The position numbers were made by a program, and so were the translations under genes. A stretch of DNA of 64,000 bases from Candidatus Eiseniibacteriota bacterium (GTDB lineage Bacteria > Orphanbacterota > Orphanbacteria > Orphanbacterales > Orphanbacteraceae), in NCBI GenBank assembly GCA_029262235.1, contig JAJCZU010000002.1, forward strand, positions 1,142,927-1,206,926, written 5' to 3'. The notes beneath the pieces were generated by a model. It was not told the DNA's origin. It saw nothing but the letters and a program-made list of their open reading frames with translations, and ran no database searches. Numbering within the stretch: the first letter of the stretch is position 1; every line of letters starts with the position of its first letter. Below, piece after piece: positions 47,344-55,943 of the stretch.

Positions 47344-48598
47344 GCCGGACGCCCGCTTGCACTCGACCGATCCGTACACCGCACCTTTCGCGCCCGATCC
47401 GGACGTGGATCAATTCTACCGGGAGAAAGTGCGCGCGGTCGTCGACATCGTGCTCGGCGCATGGAACGGCGAAGCCCCCACTGTGGTGCTGAGCGGAAGT
47501 CTCGCACTCGGCGATGGGCGCGCTACACGCACTCCCGAAGGCCCCGGGCCCGCAAGCGACGTCGACCTCTATCTCGTAACAGAAGAAGCCGCGCACGCCG
47601 CCGCACTCACCGACCTTCCCCGCATCCACGGCGCGCTCCGACGTTCCGACCGCACGTCTGATCTCACGGTCGATCTCGGCGTCACGACTGCCGCGCGCCT
47701 CGCGGCCGCGCCCGTTTCGATCGCAAACCGAACGCTGGCCGAGCACGGACGTGTTCTGACCGGTGATCGGGAGGTGCTCGATGCGATGCGGTCCGTACGG
47801 GGAAGACCGATCCCGCCGGCGGACGGACTGCTGCTGCTGCAGAACCGCACGGTGGAAGCGCTCGTGCCTGTCGCTCTCTTCGGGGACTCATCGATGCACG
47901 ACGCTTTCTGGTATCTTCACGCGAAGACGCTGCGCGATATCGGACTCTCGGCGATTGTCGCCGCCGGGCGTTTCGCTCCGCGACCCGGCGACCGTGCGGA
48001 ACTCGTGCGGGCGACATGGGAAGAGAGTGAGCTCGGCAAGGTCGTTCCCGGTTTTCCCGCACGCTATGAAGAGTCCTCGGGCTCGTCTTCGCGCGGAAGC
48101 GCGCCTTCGCGCGGAAGCGGAAGCAGCGTGCGCGGCGAAACGGCGCTTCGGCGCGCATGGGAAGATCTCGGCACCACTCTGTTCGCCGTGGCGCGATGGG
48201 AGCACCGTACGATCGACCCGCATGCGAGCGACGATCCGAACAGCTGGGTGCGTGCCGGGAGCGGACCGCTTCGGAGGCGGGTCAAATCGTGGCTCCCGTT
48301 TGCCACAGGAGACCCCGGCGCTTTTGCGAAAGCGCTGACCCGGGGATTTCCGGGAACACCGATGCAGGGCGCCTACGTGGCGGCTTCGTGTCTCATGGCA
48401 TCCGCGGGGACCGCATGGGGAGGCGGCGCGCCCGATCAAGGCACGATGATTGCAGGAGCCCGGGCCATCTGCCCGTTCACCGTCAAGGATCGCCGCCCGG
48501 ACGCCGCATGGTGGGAACTCCGGAACGCGATCTGCGAGTACTGGAATGAAACGGTCCTCGGCGGAAGCCGCACGATCGAGAAGGGAGGTCCGCGATGA
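47309..48598 (+). CDS. hypothetical protein, possible nucleotidyltransferase-fold domain
   Basis: 429 aa; weak GS...DxD signature (LSGSLALGDG...SDVDLYLV); internal Ser/Gly-rich linker; start uncertain because it overlaps the upstream gene. Confidence 0.4.
   Translation: MSYRNSCIANSKPDARLHSTDPYTAPFAPDPDVDQFYREKVRAVVDIVLGAWNGEAPTVVLSGSLALGDGRATRTPEGPGPASDVDLYLVTEEAAHAAALTDLPRIHGALRRSDRTSDLTVDLGVTTAARLAAAPVSIANRTLAEHGRVLTGDREVLDAMRSVRGRPIPPADGLLLLQNRTVEALVPVALFGDSSMHDAFWYLHAKTLRDIGLSAIVAAGRFAPRPGDRAELVRATWEESELGKVVPGFPARYEESSGSSSRGSAPSRGSGSSVRGETALRRAWEDLGTTLFAVARWEHRTIDPHASDDPNSWVRAGSGPLRRRVKSWLPFATGDPGAFAKALTRGFPGTPMQGAYVAASCLMASAGTAWGGGAPDQGTMIAGARAICPFTVKDRRPDAAWWELRNAICEYWNETVLGGSRTIEKGGPR
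48087..48119. repeat. imperfect 18-bp tandem direct repeat (cttcgcgcggaagcg core x2) inside the coding sequence
   Basis: Read directly; it encodes the SSRGSAPSRGSGS low-complexity linker. Confidence 0.6.
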
Positions 48599-49749
48599 AG
48601 CGTGCCGTGCTGGCCGTTCTGATCGACGCCTTCGGCTATGACCTGCTCGATCGTCATCCGTTCATGCCGGAACTTGCAGAGCGCAGGCCGCTTGCAACGG
48701 TGGCCGGTTTCAGTTCATCCGCGATCCCGTCGCTCCTGACCGGCAAATGGCCGAACGAGCACGGGCGCTGGTTCCTGTACGGAAAAGCGGGCGAAACGAC
48801 GCCGTTCAGCAACGCGCGTCTCTACGCATGGGCGGAGAATCTGCCGAAGATCGGCATCCGCGCGCGCCAGCGTTATGAACGCGAGTTCGCCCGGACTTCC
48901 GGCATCAACGAGTATTACCATCTCTATAATATACCCTTGAAATATCTCCCCTCGTTCGACCTTCCCGGCAAGCGATCGATCTACGAACCGGGCGCGATCG
49001 AAGGCGTACCGAATCTTTTCGACAAGCTCGTCGAACACGAGATCCCCTACGCGTCCTGGAACTGGAGCACGCCCGAAGAGAAAAACTTCACGGAACTGCA
49101 CGCGACGATCCGCGAGGCGAAGCTTCCGTTCTATTTCCTCTACACGGCCGTGCTCGACGGCGTGATGCACGCGACGGGAACGGATTCGCCGGAAACCCGG
49201 GCGGTCATCGAGAGCAATCAGAAGTCGATTCGCGAGGCGGTGCGCATCGCGGAGGAATGCTACGACGAAGTCTCCCTCTACATTTTCTCGGATCACGGCA
49301 TGGTGAACGTCGAGACCGTGATCGATCTGATGAATGACGTGCGGGCGCTCCCTTTCGTCGAAGGGAAGGACTATCTGCCGTTCTACGACTCGACATACGC
49401 GCGCTTCTGGTTCCGGAACGAGCGCGCGGAGAAAGCGATCCGCGCACTGCTCGACTCCGCGGCGGGGGGCAGGCTGCTGTCACGCGGGGAACTCGAGCGC
49501 CTGCATGTATGGTTCCCGGACCGCGAATACGGCGACGCGATCTTTCTGACGGACGCCGGAACGGTCATCGCGCCGTCGTTCATGGGGAACGAACCGCCCC
49601 GCGCGATGCACGGATACCATCCTGAAGACGCCGGTTCGAACGGGATGCTGGTCGGGAGCCGGTCCATCCCCGCGGGAGTCACCTCGATCATGGATATGGC
49701 GCTCTTTCTCGAGCAGGAAGCGCGGCGCGCCCACGGGACCGGGTCGTGA
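48595..49749 (+). CDS. alkaline-phosphatase-superfamily enzyme (type I phosphodiesterase / nucleotide pyrophosphatase-like)
   Basis: Metal-ligand style motifs LIDAFGYD, SSSAIPSLLTG, FSDHGM, HGYH; 384 aa; ATGA overlap with the upstream gene. Confidence 0.7.
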   Translation: MKRAVLAVLIDAFGYDLLDRHPFMPELAERRPLATVAGFSSSAIPSLLTGKWPNEHGRWFLYGKAGETTPFSNARLYAWAENLPKIGIRARQRYEREFARTSGINEYYHLYNIPLKYLPSFDLPGKRSIYEPGAIEGVPNLFDKLVEHEIPYASWNWSTPEEKNFTELHATIREAKLPFYFLYTAVLDGVMHATGTDSPETRAVIESNQKSIREAVRIAEECYDEVSLYIFSDHGMVNVETVIDLMNDVRALPFVEGKDYLPFYDSTYARFWFRNERAEKAIRALLDSAAGGRLLSRGELERLHVWFPDREYGDAIFLTDAGTVIAPSFMGNEPPRAMHGYHPEDAGSNGMLVGSRSIPAGVTSIMDMALFLEQEARRAHGTGS

Positions 49750-51227
49750 GCACACTCGCGCGCGCCTCGCGGGCAGCCCCTTTCAGCCTCATCGCAAAAG
49801 CCGTCCGTTTCATCCTTTCGTTCGCGACCAGTATTCTGGTCGTGCGCATGCTTCCCGAGAACGAATACGGTGTACTTACGATCGTCCGCACGATCGCGTC
49901 GCTCGCGGGCGCGCTGATCGGCTTCGGAATGGGAAACGCAATCCTGCGCTTCCTGCCCGAACGCGAAGCGCAGGGAGAGGGGACCCGCGCGCTCCTGAAC
50001 TGGGCCGCGCTTCTGCCCATGGCCGCCTGGGCGGTCGTCACCGGCTGCGCGTTTCTGCTTCGCGACTCGATCGACGCCCTCTATGGAACGCCGATCGGAA
50101 CCCCGCTGCTCGCCGGCATCGCCCTGCTTTCCGGGAATCTCCTCTACACGATCCTGATGAACACATGGACGGCAACGTTTCGAACGCGGGAACTCGCGCT
50201 CGTGCAGTCCGTGCTCAGCTTCGCGATCCTGGCCGCTTCGTATGGCGCGATCCGCATGGGCTGGGGCGTGATCGGCGTCCTCGCCGCGAGCTCGCTCCCG
50301 TATCTGCTGGCCGCGATCGTGCGCGGCCCGGCCGTATGGCTGTCGCTCAAGCACGGGGCGGCGAGGCTGCCGGCCGGGCCGCTGCTTGCATACGGCATCC
50401 CCGTGGCGTTCGTCGACATTCTGAACCAGATCACGTGGCGCCAGTCCGAAACGATTCTGCTCGGGCATTACACGTCGGCCGCCGCGGCCGGCACGTTCGA
50501 TATCGCGTACAAGCTCCCGCAGCTGCTCGTCGAATTCGTGCCCGACACGATCTGGCCGCTCGTTCTGGCGGCATTCGCCGAGGTGTACACGCGGGACCGC
50601 TCCCGTCTCGACGAGATGATCCGGCGGTACTACCAGGTGCTTTTTCTGCTCGTGCTCCCCGTCAGCGTGTTCGGTGTGCTCTACGGGGACCTTCTGATTC
50701 AGACGGCCTACGGCGCGGAACGGGCCGAAGCCGGGCAGTACGCGCGGATCTTCTTTTTCATCTTTCATCTCACGTTCTGGGGCACGCCGCTCTCGATGGC
50801 CCTCTATCTTCTGAAGAAGACGAACGTGAATCTCTGGCTCGCGCTGGTGGCCGCCACGGTGAACGTCGGCCTCGACTTCGTGATGATTCCGAAGTACGGG
50901 CTGCGCGGGGCGGTGCCTCCGGTCGCGATCGCGGTCGCGCTGACGGCGATTCTCCGCGGAATCACGCTCCGGCGCATGCACGGGACGCTTCCCATACCAT
51001 GGCGATTTCTCGGCCGGGCCTATCTGGCAACGGCCCCGCTCGCGATTTTTTACCCGATTCGGGGCATGGGATCGCCTCAGACGGCTCTTTGTGCGATCAG
51101 TGCTTTGTCTCTTTTGCTGTTGCCCTTTACAATAAGGTTCGCGCGACTGCTCGGCGACGAGGAGCGCGAGTATCTCAGGCAGTCGGGCATTCCCGGACGC
51201 GAAATTCTCCTCCGGTGGTTCCGTTGA
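49746..51227 (+). CDS. polysaccharide flippase (Wzx, MOP superfamily)
   Basis: 493 aa polytopic membrane protein with Wzx-like N-terminus; GTG start overlapping the upstream stop. Confidence 0.75.
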   Translation: MSTLARASRAAPFSLIAKAVRFILSFATSILVVRMLPENEYGVLTIVRTIASLAGALIGFGMGNAILRFLPEREAQGEGTRALLNWAALLPMAAWAVVTGCAFLLRDSIDALYGTPIGTPLLAGIALLSGNLLYTILMNTWTATFRTRELALVQSVLSFAILAASYGAIRMGWGVIGVLAASSLPYLLAAIVRGPAVWLSLKHGAARLPAGPLLAYGIPVAFVDILNQITWRQSETILLGHYTSAAAAGTFDIAYKLPQLLVEFVPDTIWPLVLAAFAEVYTRDRSRLDEMIRRYYQVLFLLVLPVSVFGVLYGDLLIQTAYGAERAEAGQYARIFFFIFHLTFWGTPLSMALYLLKKTNVNLWLALVAATVNVGLDFVMIPKYGLRGAVPPVAIAVALTAILRGITLRRMHGTLPIPWRFLGRAYLATAPLAIFYPIRGMGSPQTALCAISALSLLLLPFTIRFARLLGDEEREYLRQSGIPGREILLRWFR

Positions 51228-51263
51228 TGCGGACACGGGGGTTCACGAACTACGGAGATCAGG

Positions 51264-51938
51264 ATGTATCGAGAGCGAACGGTATCGGCAGTGATTCCCT
51301 GCTACAACGAGGAGGAGGGGATCGCGCACGTCATCGAGTCGATGCCCGACTTCGTGGACGAAGTCGTCGTCGTCGACAACAATTCGACGGACCGCACAGC
51401 GGAAATTGCGACGAAGCTCGGCGCGCGGGTGATTCACGAAAAGCGCAAGGGTTACGGCGCGGCCTACAAAGCGGGGATTCCCGCGGCGAAGTCGGACATC
51501 ATCGTGACGATGGACGGCGACGGGACGTACCCGGTCGAGGAGATCAAGGATCTGATCGACTTCATGTTCGAGAAAGATCTCGACTTCGTTTCGGGTTGCC
51601 GGTTCCCGCTCAAGAACGCCGAAGCGATGCACTCCCTGAACAAGCTCGGCAACACGATCCTGACGATCGAAATGCTGATTCTGTATGCGCGCGGCATTCG
51701 CGATTCGCAGTCCGGCATGTGGTGCTTCAAGTCCGCAGTGTATCCGAAGTTCAAGATGACGTCGGACGGTATGCCGTTCTCCGAGGAGATCAAGATCGAA
51801 GCGATTCTCGCGAAGGACGTCAAGTTCGACGAGTATCACATTACGTATCATCAGCGAATCGGCGAAGTGAAGCTCAACATGTGGGCCGACGGCTTCGAGA
51901 ATCTCTTTTTCCTCGCAAAGAAGCGATTCTTCCGGTAG
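51264..51938 (+). CDS. family 2 glycosyltransferase (DPM1/GtrB-like polyprenyl-phosphate glycosyltransferase)
   Basis: VIPCYNEE start, DxD-type MDGDG motif; 224 aa with no obvious TM segment. Confidence 0.8.
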   Translation: MYRERTVSAVIPCYNEEEGIAHVIESMPDFVDEVVVVDNNSTDRTAEIATKLGARVIHEKRKGYGAAYKAGIPAAKSDIIVTMDGDGTYPVEEIKDLIDFMFEKDLDFVSGCRFPLKNAEAMHSLNKLGNTILTIEMLILYARGIRDSQSGMWCFKSAVYPKFKMTSDGMPFSEEIKIEAILAKDVKFDEYHITYHQRIGEVKLNMWADGFENLFFLAKKRFFR

Positions 51939-51983
51939 AGGGCGCCGCTGCGCGACACGCGCCGCGCGGGGGGGACATGTAGC

Positions 51984-54452
51984 ATGTTGTCCGTGCGCAT
52001 CGCCCGTACTCTCGTTCTCGTCACGCTGTTCGCGATCGCGCGCAGCCCTTTCTTTACGAGCCTCGCTCTTCCCCCGTTCGTTACGATGTCCGCCGCGCTT
52101 CTCGCCATCGTGCTCCCGGGCATCTGGCTCGCGCAGGCGGTGCGCGGAATCGACGATTCGCCCGCCGCCGCAATCTGCTGGGGATTCGCCTTCTCTCTCG
52201 CGCTCGTGTCAGCCGGTTCGATCGCGTTTCATCTTACGGGAGCGTTCGGCCTCGGCGCGCTTCTCGCCCTTGTCATGGTATGCGGGTACGCGATCGCTCT
52301 GCTCGTGCCGCCCCGGGCAGAATCAACGCCGCTTCTTGCCCGCGCCGAAACCTGGCTGCTCGTCGCAACCGTGGCGATCACGGCACTCGTGTCCTCACCG
52401 CGAACCGGCTACCTGACCGACGCGTACGATCATCTCGGCACGGTGCGCTGGATGACGATCGAGGATCGCGCCTATCCGGTCGAGTCGTTTCACGCGGACC
52501 GCGCGGCGGCGGGCACGCTCGATCCACGCAAGGGGACGTATCACACGACTTTCGCGCTCGCGAGCGACCTGACGGGCGTCGATCCGGTCGACGGCTACCG
52601 GACGTTCTGGGCGTTCACGCTGCTGCTCGCATTTGCTTCCGTGCTCACCGCGGCGCGCGCCTTTCTGACCGGAGAACGCGCCGCCTGGATCGCGTTCATT
52701 CTGTTCGTGGTGCTGCATCGCGGCGGCCCCGCGGGAGAGTGGTTCTCGACGGCGGGCTACCCGGGCTCGGCCGGGCTCTGGCTCTACCTGCTTTTCGTTT
52801 CGGTGATCGTACGCGGGCGCATGGCGCGCATGGCGCGCATGCCGCGCATGGCGTTGATCGCGCTCGGATTCGCGACGCTCGGCGTACATCTTTTCTACGG
52901 ACTGCTGGCCGGCCTCGCATTCCTGTATCTGTTCGCGGGGCTCTTGATCTTCCGCCGCGCGGAGGGCGCAGGCCTGGTGCTGCGCGGGGCGATCGCGTTC
53001 GGCGCGGGCGCATTGCCCGTCGCGATCTTTCGCTATTTCGCCACGTACGATCCCGCCAACCCGATCCATCTGCACCGTCAGGCCGTGATCGAACTGACCG
53101 ACCGGCTGGCGGTACTCGACGCGACCCCCGTTCTGCAGGCGTTCGGCATCGGCGGTCTGATCGCGCTGTTCTTTCTGCCGTTTCTCGACTGGCGCGGCAG
53201 AGACGAACAGGGGGGGCGGGGCGACCTGTTTCTGGGAACCTCGCTTGCCGGCACGTTCCTGATCGTATGGAATCCGATCGTGTTTCCGGCTCTCGAACCA
53301 CACCTCGGTTATCTCATGCGCCGGATTCCGTACGCGGTTCCGTGGGCCTTCGTCTTCGCGGCTGTCATGACCCGGACCATGGGGCCCGTCGGAACACCGG
53401 GCAGGACATCGATCTCCCGGGGCCGGCGCTCGATCGCGTGGGCGGCTCTGGCCGTCGTGGTCATTACCGCAGGCTGGGACGCGACACGCAGGCGTCCGCC
53501 CCGCGCAAAACCCGCGGCGGGCGTCGAAGAGATCGCGCAGCAGGTCGTGGCGGACGCGGCGAAACTGCTCCCGCCCGGCACGACGGTCCTGACCGATCCC
53601 GTAACCGGATACGTGCTCTTCGGGCGCACCTCGCTCCGGCCGGTTGCCATTCTCGACCAGCACTCGTCGCCGAACGATCCGCTGGCCGCACGCCGCCTCT
53701 CCGAAAGCCAGCGCGCGCTTCACCCCGCAACGAGCGAAGCCGAACGCCTGGACGTCATGAACCAGTACGAAACCCGTCACATTCTGCTCGTGACGGGGTA
53801 TCCCCGCGATTTTCAGACATACAACGCGTTCTATTCGCCCGGAATGGCGTCCACGATGGACGCGGTTCTCACCGGCCGGACGACGTTCGACACGATCATG
53901 CGCACCGAACAGGCCGTGCTCTACCGTCTGGACGGCCGTGAATCGGTCGTGCCGCCGGGTGACCGTCGCCCCTGGGCCACAGCGGGCTCGCTCACGCGCC
54001 CCGGGGGCCCCGCGGACCTCCCGGGGGGCATCAGGCTCACGGGAGCGCGTCTCGGGACGTCTGAGGGGCGTCCGGGAGATCTCGTGTGGCTCGAAAGTGA
54101 GTGGACGCTCCCTCATGAGGATGCCGGGGCCGTGCCGATGCTTCTTTATATAACGGGAGTCCGGCTGGAGGAGGGCTCCGATCCTGTGAGAACGCGTGCG
54201 GAGAGGCCCTGGAAGATCTTCTCCCTCGGCGGCCGTGAATTTCCGTATCTTCTCTGGAAGAAGAAGGAGCGGATCGCGTATGACGCCCCGCTTCGGATTC
54301 CGGAGCGGATCGCGCCTGGCCGGTACGAAGTGCAGGTCACGACGGATCGGCATCCGTTTTTCGCCGTGCGCAGACTTGAGAGGAACGGCCTTCGCTGGAG
54401 CGCCGCCCGCACGGGTTGGACGGCCGTTGATACAGTCGAGGTGATGCCTTGA
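51984..54452 (+). CDS. large polytopic membrane protein, unknown family (GT-C-like candidate), paralogue 1
   Basis: 822 aa; multiple N-terminal TM helices plus a C-terminal soluble domain; shares sequence blocks with the 55944..58451 product. Confidence 0.6.
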   Translation: MLSVRIARTLVLVTLFAIARSPFFTSLALPPFVTMSAALLAIVLPGIWLAQAVRGIDDSPAAAICWGFAFSLALVSAGSIAFHLTGAFGLGALLALVMVCGYAIALLVPPRAESTPLLARAETWLLVATVAITALVSSPRTGYLTDAYDHLGTVRWMTIEDRAYPVESFHADRAAAGTLDPRKGTYHTTFALASDLTGVDPVDGYRTFWAFTLLLAFASVLTAARAFLTGERAAWIAFILFVVLHRGGPAGEWFSTAGYPGSAGLWLYLLFVSVIVRGRMARMARMPRMALIALGFATLGVHLFYGLLAGLAFLYLFAGLLIFRRAEGAGLVLRGAIAFGAGALPVAIFRYFATYDPANPIHLHRQAVIELTDRLAVLDATPVLQAFGIGGLIALFFLPFLDWRGRDEQGGRGDLFLGTSLAGTFLIVWNPIVFPALEPHLGYLMRRIPYAVPWAFVFAAVMTRTMGPVGTPGRTSISRGRRSIAWAALAVVVITAGWDATRRRPPRAKPAAGVEEIAQQVVADAAKLLPPGTTVLTDPVTGYVLFGRTSLRPVAILDQHSSPNDPLAARRLSESQRALHPATSEAERLDVMNQYETRHILLVTGYPRDFQTYNAFYSPGMASTMDAVLTGRTTFDTIMRTEQAVLYRLDGRESVVPPGDRRPWATAGSLTRPGGPADLPGGIRLTGARLGTSEGRPGDLVWLESEWTLPHEDAGAVPMLLYITGVRLEEGSDPVRTRAERPWKIFSLGGREFPYLLWKKKERIAYDAPLRIPERIAPGRYEVQVTTDRHPFFAVRRLERNGLRWSAARTGWTAVDTVEVMP
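52817..52852. repeat. tandem repeat, 4 copies of a 9-bp unit gcgcatggc (third copy gcgcatgcc)
   Basis: Read directly; in frame, encoding RMARMARMPRMA within paralogue 1. Confidence 0.8.
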
Positions 54453-55930
54453 AACGACAATCGACGATAGGAAAAGTGCTGAGCCCGCAACTCATCTGGG
54501 CGCTCTTCACCATTGCGCTCACGATGGTGCTCGGCTACGTGCTCGCGGGACAGATCATCTCGCCGAATCAGCGCATCATCAAAGCCTCGGTCGGTCTCGC
54601 GCTTCTCACGACGGCGTTTCTGCTTCCGAACCGCTTCGCCGTGGCGTTCATGCTTTTCGCGATCCCGTTTCCGCAGAACACGACCATTGGATCGACAACG
54701 GTCATCTTCGCGTTCATCATCTTTTCGTTCTGGCTCCTCAAGATGGCTCTCGGGTACGAAAAACCTCCGATCCTCACAGGTCTCGAGCCGTGGCTCGTCG
54801 CCATCGTGCTTCTCTACTTCATCTCGTTCGTCATGGTGCAACCGAACGAAATGAAGCAGGCGGTTGCGGGCTTCCAGACTTTCATTTCCGCTGTCTTCAT
54901 CTTTTATCTCGTCACGAACATGGTGCGAACCGAACGCGACATTCAATTCGTTCTGAACGCGCTGATCATTTCGTTTTCCGTTGTGGCCACGATCGCGATG
55001 ATCGAACTCTGGCTGCCGGGCGCGGCCGACAAGCTCGGGTTCCTGAAGGTTTCCACGCGCACGGTGGGGAAGGCGTCGGGCGTGCGCGTCGGCTCCGTAT
55101 TCGGCGACTACGAAATGTTCGCGGAGTACTGCGCGATCTTCATACCGATTCTTCTGATTCGCGTGATCGGCGAGAAAGTATTCCTGCGCCAGTTCATCTG
55201 GATGCCGCTTCTGGGCGTCGCCATCATGCTTCTGATCGGCACCGCTACGCGCGGCGCGTTTCTGAGCATGCTCATCGGCCTGACTTACCTGGTCTGGATT
55301 TCGTGGCGCATCATGGACTTTCAGAAGTTTCTGCCGCTCGTTATCGTCGCGGCCGTCGCGTTCTACGTATTCGCCATTACGCTCGACCAGTACACCGAAT
55401 CGGCGTCGCTGTTCGGGCGGCTCGGAAGAACGAAGCTCGTCGACGGAATGCCGGACACGAGGGCCCGCGTCTGGAACGAAGCGTGGATTCGCATTCAGGA
55501 CTCGCCCTGGATCGGCCATGGGCCTTACTACTTCACCGGCGTCGACGAGCGAAACGTGCATTCGAATTACCCGCACAGCCTGTTTCTCTTTCTGGCGCAC
55601 ATGATCGGCATCCCGGGCGCCGTGCTTTTTTACGGCTTTCTGCTCGCCATTTTCAGGCGGGGCTACATGGCGGCCCGGGCTTTCGCAACGGAGCGAGGTC
55701 AGTTCGCCTATACCGTGGTGATTCTATCGAGCTGCATGGTTATTTTTCTGATCGACGAATTCAAAATCTCGTTCCTGCGGTACGATCAGACGCAGCAGTT
55801 CACGTGGACGATGTTCGCGCTCGTTCTCGCCGCGAGCCGCGTGGCCATGATGCGCGTGGAAGAACGCAAGAACCAAAACCTGCCAGCGACTCTGCGCAGG
55901 AACGCGACCCGCTCCGCGCGCATCGCCTGA
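54449..55930 (+). CDS. O-antigen polymerase / ligase family protein (Wzy-like)
   Basis: 493 aa polytopic protein with a Wzy_C-like block (GTATRGAFLSM...WIGHGPYYF...HSNYPH); TTG start overlapping the upstream stop. Confidence 0.7.
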   Translation: MKRQSTIGKVLSPQLIWALFTIALTMVLGYVLAGQIISPNQRIIKASVGLALLTTAFLLPNRFAVAFMLFAIPFPQNTTIGSTTVIFAFIIFSFWLLKMALGYEKPPILTGLEPWLVAIVLLYFISFVMVQPNEMKQAVAGFQTFISAVFIFYLVTNMVRTERDIQFVLNALIISFSVVATIAMIELWLPGAADKLGFLKVSTRTVGKASGVRVGSVFGDYEMFAEYCAIFIPILLIRVIGEKVFLRQFIWMPLLGVAIMLLIGTATRGAFLSMLIGLTYLVWISWRIMDFQKFLPLVIVAAVAFYVFAITLDQYTESASLFGRLGRTKLVDGMPDTRARVWNEAWIRIQDSPWIGHGPYYFTGVDERNVHSNYPHSLFLFLAHMIGIPGAVLFYGFLLAIFRRGYMAARAFATERGQFAYTVVILSSCMVIFLIDEFKISFLRYDQTQQFTWTMFALVLAASRVAMMRVEERKNQNLPATLRRNATRSARIA

Positions 55931-55943
55931 TCCCTGAGGACCC

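Noticed and set aside
48087-48119. Short direct repeat in the 47309 ORF, considered as a possible mobile-element or CRISPR-like repeat.
   Set aside because: Only two imperfect copies, in frame, inside a coding low-complexity linker; this is consistent with a coding microsatellite, not a repeat-spacer array.
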